NCBI GenBank assembly: GCA_034521815.1
Contig: JAXHLW010000013.1
Coordinates: 416,001-480,000 of the forward strand
Length of the DNA: 64,000 nt
Direction of reading: 5' to 3'
Origin: Trueperaceae bacterium
Lineage (GTDB): Bacteria; Deinococcota; Deinococci; Deinococcales; Trueperaceae
Below are positions 32,750 through 41,437 of the stretch, one piece after another (position 1 is the first letter of the stretch; every line of letters begins with the position of its first letter). Under the pieces are notes generated by a model. The model was not told where the DNA came from and did no database searches. It saw only the letters and a program-made list of their open reading frames with translations. Made by a program: the position numbers and the translations under genes.

Positions 32750-32770
32750 CTTGAGCCGCAGAAACTCAAG
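32750..32770. promoter_or_regulatory. HAIR-type (HspR) operator
   Basis: CTTGAGC-N7-ACTCAAG, one mismatch to the HAIR consensus CTTGAGT-N7-ACTCAAG, in an AT-richer divergent intergenic region. Confidence 0.75.
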
Positions 32771-32944
32771 TCGGCGGGCCTGCGTCGCTCCGAGGCGCTT
32801 GGTAGACTCGAACATTGGGCTGAACGCAGAGGCCGGGCGCTCGCGTGCCCGGCCGCGACGCTCGCACCTTACGCTCGCCCCCTACGCTCGCCCCCTACGC
32901 TCGCGCCCTACGCTCGTACCCCATGCACCGAGAGGACGGCCCCC

Positions 32945-34146
<1,202 letters not shown>

Positions 34147-34150
<4 letters not shown>

Positions 34151-35034
34151 GGACGCTGGGGATCGATCTGGGCGGGACCAAGATCGCCACGGCCGTGGTC
34201 GAGGACGGCGTGATCAAAGCCCGTGAACGGGTGGCGACGCCGCAGACGGGCTTCGCAGACGTGCTCGCCGCGATGGCCGAGACCGCGGATCGACTGCTCG
34301 AGAGCCAGGGGCCGGTCCACGCGATCGGTGTAGGTTCGCCCGGGCCGCTGGACCTGGCGACCGGCACGATCCTGTTCGCGCCGAACATTCCGGGCATGGA
34401 GAACGCGCCGCTGGCCGCCGGTCTTAGGGACCGACTCGGACGCCCGGTGATCCTCGAGAACGACGCGAACGCGGCGGGCTACGCCGAGCACCTCTACGGC
34501 GCGGCGCGCGACCTCGAGTCCAGCGTGTACGTGACCATCTCGACCGGGATCGGCGGGGGACTGTTCGTCGGCGACCGGGTGATTCGAGGCGCGAACGGCG
34601 TCGCCGGCGAGATCGGGCACATGACGGTCCTGCCTGGCGGCCCGGTGGGAGGCGACGGCACGGACGGCTCGCTCGAGGCGATCGCGGCGGGCCGGTCGAT
34701 CGCGCGGGACGGAACGTACGTGTTCGGTCGCTCGGTGTCGACCGAAGAGGTGTTCGCCCTGGCCCAAGACGGCGACGAGAAGGCGCTGAGGATCGTGGAC
34801 AACGCTGCGCGGTTCACCGGCATCGGCCTCGCGAACCTGGTCAAGATCTTCGATCCCGAAGGGTTCGTGATCGGCGGGGGGATGAGCCAGGTCGGCCCGT
34901 TCTACCTCGACCGGATCGTCGCCGCCACCCGTGCGTACCTGCCGGGCTGGCCGATGCCGGCGCTCCTGCCGGCGCGGCTCGGGACCGATGCTGGCGTGAT
35001 CGGCGCCGCCGCCGTCGCGGCGCACGAAGGCTGA
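34147..35034 (+). CDS. glk: ROK family sugar kinase (glucokinase-like)
   Basis: GIDLGGTK, GSPGP, LENDANAA, STGIGGG, AGEIGH; ATGA overlap with ackA. Confidence 0.85.
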
Positions 35035-35040
35035 GTCGGC

Positions 35041-35565
35041 GTGGAGCTTCTGCTGTCCGCGGCGTCGATCTTCCTGCTGCGGATCGCCGACGTATCGATC
35101 GGAACGCTTCGGATCGGGTTCCTGGTGCGGGGCCGTTCCGGCGTCGCCGGAGCGCTGAGCTTCGTCGAGAGCCTGGTCTGGCTCGCGGCCGCAGCGCAGG
35201 TGCTGGCGAACCTCGACAGCCCCCCGAAGTTCCTGGCGTACGCCGGTGGGTACGCCGCGGGCACGATGCTCGGCGTGCATATCGAGCGCTGGATCGCGGT
35301 GGGCGACGTGGTGATGCGGATCATCGCCCCGGTCGCCAGCCCCTCGGGAGCCGGCGCGCTCCGCGAGGCGGGCTACATCGTGACCGAGATGAACGCCGAG
35401 GGTCGCGACGGAAGCGTCCGCATCAGCTTCTCGGTCCTGCCACGGCGGCGTGTGGCCGAGGCGTTGGCACTGGTCAAGGAGGTGAACCCCGAAGCGTTCG
35501 TCGCGTTCGAAGGCACCACGCCGATGCGCCTGACCGCGTTTCCCGCGGCACGGATCAGGAAGTGA
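35041..35565 (+). CDS. UPF0316 / DUF5698-DUF2179 membrane protein
   Basis: RIADVSIGTLR, FVESLVWL, AYAGGYAAGTMLG, C-terminal soluble domain (LREAGYIVT...EGRDG). Confidence 0.8.
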   Translation: MELLLSAASIFLLRIADVSIGTLRIGFLVRGRSGVAGALSFVESLVWLAAAAQVLANLDSPPKFLAYAGGYAAGTMLGVHIERWIAVGDVVMRIIAPVASPSGAGALREAGYIVTEMNAEGRDGSVRISFSVLPRRRVAEALALVKEVNPEAFVAFEGTTPMRLTAFPAARIRK

Positions 35566-35575
35566 CGGCTCCGAC

Positions 35576-36268
35576 TCAGCGTGCCGCGCGGTACGGACGG
35601 TTGTAGTACGCCTCGAGCCGGTTGACGCCCAGCGACGCCATGTTGCTGAGCACCAGGTAGACCATCGCGATGCCGATGTAGACCGGGAACGGGCGGAAGG
35701 TTCGGGCCACGACGTTGTCGGCCTGGAACAGCAGATCCTGGACGCTGATGACCGTGACCAGGGTGGAGTCCTTGATCAGCGAGATGAACTGGTTGCCCAG
35801 TGCCGGGACGGCGTTGCGGATCGCCTGGGGAAGCTGAATGAAGCGGAAGTTCTGGAACCTGTTCAGCCCCAGCACCTGAGCGGCCTCGAGCTGTCCCTTG
35901 GGGACCGAGGCGAACGCGCCCCGAATGATCTCGGAGAAGTACGCTCCGGCGTACAGGCTCATCCCGGTCGTCCCCGCCTGGAACGCGCTGTCCCACTGGA
36001 AGAACGGCAGCGTGGGCAGTCCGAACCAGAGGATGAACAGCTGAACGAGCAGCGGGGTGCCGCGAAAGAACTCGACGTACGCGACCGCCACGATGCGGAG
36101 GGGCAGGATGCCCGACATTCGTCCCAGCGCGGCGAACAGGCCGAGGAGAAGCCCGAAGACGCCTGCGAGAAGCGTGACTGCCGCGGTGATCTGCGTACCC
36201 TCCCAGAGGCGGCCCAGGACGGTCGGTGTGAACACGTTCGTGAAAAGGTCCTGAAAATACCCGATCAT
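35576..36268 (-). CDS. Polar amino acid ABC transporter permease (HisM/GlnP family)
   Basis: YVEFFRGTPLLVQ, AYFSEIIRG, GQLEAA (EAA loop), LIKDST. Confidence 0.93.
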   Translation of the reverse strand: MIGYFQDLFTNVFTPTVLGRLWEGTQITAAVTLLAGVFGLLLGLFAALGRMSGILPLRIVAVAYVEFFRGTPLLVQLFILWFGLPTLPFFQWDSAFQAGTTGMSLYAGAYFSEIIRGAFASVPKGQLEAAQVLGLNRFQNFRFIQLPQAIRNAVPALGNQFISLIKDSTLVTVISVQDLLFQADNVVARTFRPFPVYIGIAMVYLVLSNMASLGVNRLEAYYNRPYRAAR

Positions 36269-36338
36269 GGTGGCCTCCTACGAAGGCGCGGCCGGCCTAT
36301 GTGGCCGGCCGCGCGAGGGTCCAGGGACGAGTGGAGCT

Positions 36339-37127
36339 TTACTGGTTGGGCGGGGTGACGATGTCGCCACCGATCCAGCGCTCGCTGATGACTTGAAGAA
36401 CACCGTTCTCGTACAGTTCGTCGAGCGCAAGTTCGAGCAACCGCTTGTAGCCAGGCTGACCGTTGGCGATCGTGATCCAGGCGTTCTCTTCGAACACCAG
36501 GCCGCTGATCGACTTCATCTTCATGCCGGACGTCGCGAACGCCTGGTTCCCGACGATCGGGTTCGTGAAGATCGCGTCGGCCTGACCGGAACGGATCGCC
36601 TGCAGCGAGGTCGGAACGTCCGCGTAGGTGGCGGTGTTGTCCGAGTAGCCGTTGTCCTCGAGCCACTGCTGGTTCGTGCCCCCACGGTCGACCGCGATGG
36701 TGCCGCCATCGGCGAGCAGCGCTTCGTAGTCGTCGTACTCGCTGTCGGCGGGGGCGAAGAACTGGCCGCCGCCGTAGTAGTACGGCATATCCAGGAAGGT
36801 CACGGCCTCCGCACGCTCGGGCGTCCGGGCGTGCGAGGCGACCGACGCGTCGAAGCGGCCGGTGCTCACGCCGGCGATGATGCCGCTGAACTGGGCCTGG
36901 ACGATTTCGACCTCGACGCCGAGCTCCTCGGCGAGGGCGGCCGCGACGTCCGCGTCGAAGCCTTCCATCGAGCCGTCTTCGGCGGGCATCGAGAACGGCG
37001 GGTAGCCGCCCGACATGGCGACGGTCAACACGCCATCGTCGATGGGGGTCTGGGCCGCGACGGTGCCGAGGGCCAGAAGCAAAGCGGTGGTCAGTGCGGT
37101 GAGGACGGTACGAATCTTCATGTTCAT
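36339..37127 (-). CDS. Polar amino acid ABC transporter substrate-binding protein (family 3)
   Basis: Signal peptide, YPPFS, GFDADVA, GRFD, TPER motifs; AAGGAG SD; hairpin at 36286-36314 separates it from the permease. Confidence 0.92.
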   Translation of the reverse strand: MNMKIRTVLTALTTALLLALGTVAAQTPIDDGVLTVAMSGGYPPFSMPAEDGSMEGFDADVAAALAEELGVEVEIVQAQFSGIIAGVSTGRFDASVASHARTPERAEAVTFLDMPYYYGGGQFFAPADSEYDDYEALLADGGTIAVDRGGTNQQWLEDNGYSDNTATYADVPTSLQAIRSGQADAIFTNPIVGNQAFATSGMKMKSISGLVFEENAWITIANGQPGYKRLLELALDELYENGVLQVISERWIGGDIVTPPNQ

Positions 37128-37293
37128 GCGGTCTCCTTACGTTCCAGAGCGTTCTTGCGGGTTCTTGCGGATGGGTCGGCTCGACCCGATGTCGACGTGC
37201 GAGGCTCGTTCCGCGCACGTCGAACTCGTGCTGACCCCGTCCGACGAGATCGGTGCGGATGACGGGACGCGGGGTGCACGAGCAGCGAATAAA

Positions 37294-37322
37294 TGCATAC
37301 CATCGCAAGGAGGCGGCGTCAA
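37294..37322 (-). promoter_or_regulatory. Probable sigma70-type promoter for the amino-acid ABC genes
   Basis: TTGACG-N17-TATGCA on the minus strand, about 165 nt upstream of the SBP start. Confidence 0.5.
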
Positions 37323-37471
37323 ACGGCGCCCCACTCCGGATTGCACGTCGCGGACGACCCCGATGTGACCGAGATTGCATAGGGGAAGCGCAGCGCATGG
37401 CACACTTCAAAGCGAATGTGTGCCGCAATCGTGCGGCGATCCAGAACCATCCGTTCCCACGAAGGGACTTC

Positions 37472-37942
37472 ATGACAACCACCACACCCCTCGCCCTGAC
37501 GAGCTTTCGCTTCGTCAGCGACGACGAGCGTGCCCAGTTTCGAGACGAGCGTCTCGACGACGTCGCTCGATTTCTCCATCAGCACCTCGGACCGTACGGC
37601 GATCCGATCGATCAGATCCGGGCCTGCCTTCTCCGCGCCGCCGGAGACGGACCCCGCGACGGCGGCACCGTGACCTTGGCCGAGAGCGACGACGAGATCG
37701 TCGGCGTGGTCGTCACGAACGCCACCCACATGAGCGGCTACACGCCCGAGAACCTCCTGGTGTACGTCGCGACGCACGAATCGCATCGCGGACGCGGTAT
37801 CGGACGCGCCGTCATGGAACGTGCGATCGCCGATGTCGACGGCTCGGTCGCGCTGCACGTCGAGCCCGACAACCCCGCCGCCAAGCTGTACGCCCGTCTC
37901 GGGTTCACGAACAAGTACCTCGAGATGCGCCTCCACCGCTGA
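37472..37942 (+). CDS. GNAT family N-acetyltransferase
   Basis: Acetyl-CoA motif VATHESHRGRGIGRAVM and NPAAKLYARLGF. Confidence 0.9.
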   Translation: MTTTTPLALTSFRFVSDDERAQFRDERLDDVARFLHQHLGPYGDPIDQIRACLLRAAGDGPRDGGTVTLAESDDEIVGVVVTNATHMSGYTPENLLVYVATHESHRGRGIGRAVMERAIADVDGSVALHVEPDNPAAKLYARLGFTNKYLEMRLHR

Positions 37943-37943
37943 G

Positions 37944-39143
37944 ATGGCGACGCTGCGAATGAACCGCGACGCCCTGAGGCACAACTACGCCGAGCTCGAA
38001 CGCCGCCTCGCCGGGCACGGGATCCAATACGGTCTCGTCGTCAAGCTGCTCTGCGGCAACGAGCGACTGCTGCAGGAGGTGCTGGACCTCGGACCGCGCG
38101 AGGTGATGGACGCCCGCACCGGAAACCTGAAGGCCGTCCGTGCCCTCGATCCCGACGTCCGCACCGTGTACATCAAGCCGCCCGCGCCAGGCAATGCCGA
38201 CGAGGTCGTGCGTTGGGCGCACGCCAGCTTCAACACCGAGATCGACACGCTTCGTGCCCTCGACGACGCCGCCGCAGAGCAGGGCGTTCGTCATGGCGTC
38301 GTCGTGATGGTCGAGATGGGCGACCTCCGCGAAGGCGTCGTGCGCGAGCGGCTGCTCGAGTTCGTGGGCCGCGCGCTGCGCTTCGAGAACCTCAAGATCG
38401 AGGGCCTCGGAACGAACTTCAACTGCCTGAACGGCACGATGCCCAGCGAAGACAAGCTCTGGCAGCTGGCTCTGTTCCGCGAGCTGATCGAGCTCCGCTA
38501 CGGCGTCACCCTCGCCTGGGTCTCGGGCGGAAGCAGCGTGGCGCTCCCGATGCTGTTCGACGGCCGCGTGCCTCCCGCGGTGAACCACTTCCGGATCGGC
38601 GAGACGCTGTTCTTCGGTCGCGATCTACGCGACGGCAAGACCTTCGACGGCATGCGCGACGACGTGTTCGAGCTCGCAGCCGAGGTCATCGAGGTCGCCG
38701 AGAAGCCCAGCGAGCCTTCGGGTCCGTTCGGGGAAGACCCGTTCGGCGATCGCCGCGAGGACGCCCCGACGGGTCCTGCCGAAACGGCTCGCCGCGCCAT
38801 CCTCGACGTCGGTTGGCTCGACATCGATCCCGAGTTCCTCGCCTCCGCCGACGACGGCGTCGAGATCGTCGACGTGTCGAGCGACATGACGGTCGTGGAC
38901 GTCGGATCGAGGACCACGCCGACCCGTGTCGGCGATCGCTTGCGGTTCCGCCTCCGCTACATGGGCGCCCTCAAGCTGCTCAACTCGGACTACATCGACA
39001 AGATCGTGGTCGACGACGACGATCGGACGCTGCCTGCGCCGATCGCTCCGGCGGTGACCGCGGAGGCCCCGAGCTCGGCGGACTCCGGCGAGGACGACGC
39101 GGAGCCCGGCCCCGAGGCGGACGCGGTGAGGTCGGGCAGCTGA
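37944..39143 (+). CDS. Alanine/ornithine racemase-family PLP enzyme
   Basis: GLVVKLLCG (PLP Lys), MVEMGDLREG, GLGTNFNCLNG, VSGGSS, NHFRIGE, EVIEVAEKPS, SSDMTVVD; Orr/YhfX-like rather than canonical Alr. Confidence 0.85.
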   Translation: MATLRMNRDALRHNYAELERRLAGHGIQYGLVVKLLCGNERLLQEVLDLGPREVMDARTGNLKAVRALDPDVRTVYIKPPAPGNADEVVRWAHASFNTEIDTLRALDDAAAEQGVRHGVVVMVEMGDLREGVVRERLLEFVGRALRFENLKIEGLGTNFNCLNGTMPSEDKLWQLALFRELIELRYGVTLAWVSGGSSVALPMLFDGRVPPAVNHFRIGETLFFGRDLRDGKTFDGMRDDVFELAAEVIEVAEKPSEPSGPFGEDPFGDRREDAPTGPAETARRAILDVGWLDIDPEFLASADDGVEIVDVSSDMTVVDVGSRTTPTRVGDRLRFRLRYMGALKLLNSDYIDKIVVDDDDRTLPAPIAPAVTAEAPSSADSGEDDAEPGPEADAVRSGS

Positions 39144-39295
39144 TCTCGCTCGCACCGACCACGGTCGGTCCCTGAAGGTCGTCCGTCCCTGACGACTCCG
39201 TCCCTGACGACTCCGTCCCTGACGACGAGGCGCCCCGATCGAGATTCCGATCCGGGCGCTTTCCGTGTTCGACCTTCGGTGCGCGGCCTTCCGTG

Positions 39296-39949
39296 TCAGG
39301 CGCTCGTGGCGGGTGATGGACGCGTGGCAGGAAGCGCGACGCGCGTCACCCGTCCGTCGGGCAGGGCGCGCACCTCGCGCGGCCCGCCCAGCGCCTCGGC
39401 GATGCGCCTGGCCAGGGCCGGCTCGGCTGGGCCATCGCCGGCGGCGTGCACGATGATCGGCCGAGCTTCGAGCGCGACCGTGCCGGTCGCGCGAAGCCGG
39501 CGGGTCACGGCGTCGTCGCTCCACGCCTCGCCCCAGATCGTGCGCAGCGCCAGCAGGGCAGGGCGCCCCCGCGACGCGCGATGGCCGGCCGCCCCCGGCC
39601 TGCGCACCTCCAGGCGCTCCCCCAGCGGCCGGGTCGCCTCGTAGAACGCGTCCACCCAATCGTCGAGCAACACGTGCGACGCCACCAAAGCCCGAGCGCG
39701 TGGGGCGATCTCGTCGACGTCGTCTTCGTCCGGATCGGTGGAGGCGACCTCGGCGAAGAGCGCCGTCAGCCGGGGTGGAAGGTGGTTCAGGCGGTAGAAG
39801 GTCTCCTCGGCCGCCGCCGGGATCCACACCCGCTCCGCCAGCGGAACCACGCCGACGAGATCGGCGAGGTCGGCCGGCTCGCCGGGCCACGCCGGTGGCG
39901 GCCCGTCGCTGGGGGCCCAAGGAACGTCGCTACCGAGCGGACCGGTCAT
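39296..39949 (-). CDS. Hypothetical protein resembling a reduced PEP/pyruvate-binding (PPDK_N) domain
   Basis: Segments EETFYRLNHL, LEVRR and LRTIWGEAWSDDAVTRR echo the PEP synthase N-domain; ATG preceded by TATGCT. Confidence 0.6.
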   Translation of the reverse strand: MTGPLGSDVPWAPSDGPPPAWPGEPADLADLVGVVPLAERVWIPAAAEETFYRLNHLPPRLTALFAEVASTDPDEDDVDEIAPRARALVASHVLLDDWVDAFYEATRPLGERLEVRRPGAAGHRASRGRPALLALRTIWGEAWSDDAVTRRLRATGTVALEARPIIVHAAGDGPAEPALARRIAEALGGPREVRALPDGRVTRVALPATRPSPATSA

Positions 39950-40009
39950 GAAGCCGAAGCATACCAGGCGAGATCACGAGTTTTGGGACGGCGTGGTAGC
40001 CTTCCAGGC

Positions 40010-41311
40010 GTGAACGAAGCGCCTCGTACGCGTGAATCGCGTCGCCTGGTCCGACTCGCCGTGGCATCGGCGTGGCTGGTCGTGCTGGCCGTCGCCGTCA
40101 CGACCGTGCTCGCGGCGCGCGACTACTTCATGGTGAGCGAGGCGCGAAGTCCCGATCTCGTCGGATTGCCGCTGGCGGAGGCCGAGCGCAGCGTGCAACG
40201 CCTCGGGCTGGAGCTTCGCAGCTATCCCGTTCCCGCTCGCGGCGTGGCTGCGGACGTCGTCGTCGAGCAGGCGCCGCCCGCCGGTACGGTCGTCCGCTCC
40301 GGGCGGATCGTCAGCGTGGGCGTTCACGTTCCGGCCGAGGCGGACCGGATGCCGGCCCTCGTCGGCGTGACGGAGCAGGACGCTCTGGCCTCGCTTCGTG
40401 GTCTGTCCCTGCCGGCGCCGGACATCAGCTACCTCGCGTCCGATCGTCCAGCGGGCCGGGTCGTCGAGCAAGACCCGCCCGCGGGCAGCAGCGTCGCTCC
40501 GACCGACCGGGTACGGCTCACGGTCGCCAGGGGGGCGTCGGCCGCCCAGGTCGAGATTCCCGATCTGACCGGACTGGCCGTGGAGTCGGCGCGCGCCCAG
40601 CTCACCGCGCTGGGTGTGCGCCGAGTCGAAACGGTGCCCGTCGGCGTCTCCATGTTGCGGCCGGGGACGGTGACGCAACAGCGGCCGGCGCCCGGCACCG
40701 TCGTCGGCGTCGGTCAGCCCGTGCTTCTGGGCTTCGCCCTGGAGGGGAGCCGGGTGACGCGCGTGCCGGTCGTCGAGGGGATGGAGACGTGGCGGGCGCG
40801 GGTCGCCCTACGGTCGGCCGGGCTGGAGCTCGGCCCGGTCGAGACGGTCCAGCGCGACGATATTCCCGCCGGCGTCGTCGAGGCGCGACCGTCGGGCCTG
40901 ACCGTCGCGGGTGCTCCGGTCGTGTTGGTCGTCAACGCGCCCGACGGGCGGCCCGTCGATCTGGGCGACGCGGGCGTCCTCGGTCGGGACGAAACCGGTC
41001 GAGATGGGATCTACCGCGGACCGATCGGCGGCGACGGCAGCGAGGAGGACGGGGGCGGGCCCCGCGCCGAGACCGAGGAGGGACGACTGGTTCCGTTCCG
41101 ATTCGACCCGAACCAGCTGGGCGTATCCAGCCTGATCGAGCGAGACTACGAGCTGCGCCTGGTGGTGCGGGACGACCGGGGCGAGCGCACCGTCGTCGAT
41201 CGACAGGTCGCGGCCGGCGAGACGGTCCGGACGACCGTCGTCGTTCACGGCGACGAGCCTCTCCTCCAAACCTACGTCAACGGGGTGTTCTTCCAGGCTT
41301 GGAGGCCTTGA
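40010..41311 (+). CDS. Membrane-anchored multi-PASTA domain protein
   Basis: N-terminal TM helix then about four repeats of P[DA]L[VT]G....A...L...G...V..Q.P.[AP]G; no kinase domain. Confidence 0.85.
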   Translation: MNEAPRTRESRRLVRLAVASAWLVVLAVAVTTVLAARDYFMVSEARSPDLVGLPLAEAERSVQRLGLELRSYPVPARGVAADVVVEQAPPAGTVVRSGRIVSVGVHVPAEADRMPALVGVTEQDALASLRGLSLPAPDISYLASDRPAGRVVEQDPPAGSSVAPTDRVRLTVARGASAAQVEIPDLTGLAVESARAQLTALGVRRVETVPVGVSMLRPGTVTQQRPAPGTVVGVGQPVLLGFALEGSRVTRVPVVEGMETWRARVALRSAGLELGPVETVQRDDIPAGVVEARPSGLTVAGAPVVLVVNAPDGRPVDLGDAGVLGRDETGRDGIYRGPIGGDGSEEDGGGPRAETEEGRLVPFRFDPNQLGVSSLIERDYELRLVVRDDRGERTVVDRQVAAGETVRTTVVVHGDEPLLQTYVNGVFFQAWRP

Positions 41312-41437
41312 GTTGGAGGCCTTGAGTTGAAGGCCGTGAGGCCGACGAGTTGAGGATTTCGCAGCCCCGAGGCCACGTTCTAGGCAGACTACGGCGTACC
41401 GGTCCACCGAGACCGCGCGTCCATGGAGGAGGCACCG

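Noticed and set aside
32865..32920. TACGCTCGCCCCC tandem units as possible iterons or CRISPR
   Set aside because: Contiguous ~13-nt degenerate tandem repeat with no spacers and no rep gene; part of the general micro-duplication pattern.
37397..37426. TGGCAC as a possible sigma54 promoter
   Set aside because: No GC at the required GG-N10-GC spacing on either strand.
41305..41330. CTTGAGT half-sites after the PASTA gene as a second HAIR
   Set aside because: The half-sites are in direct orientation and arise from a tandem duplication, not the inverted N7 arrangement.
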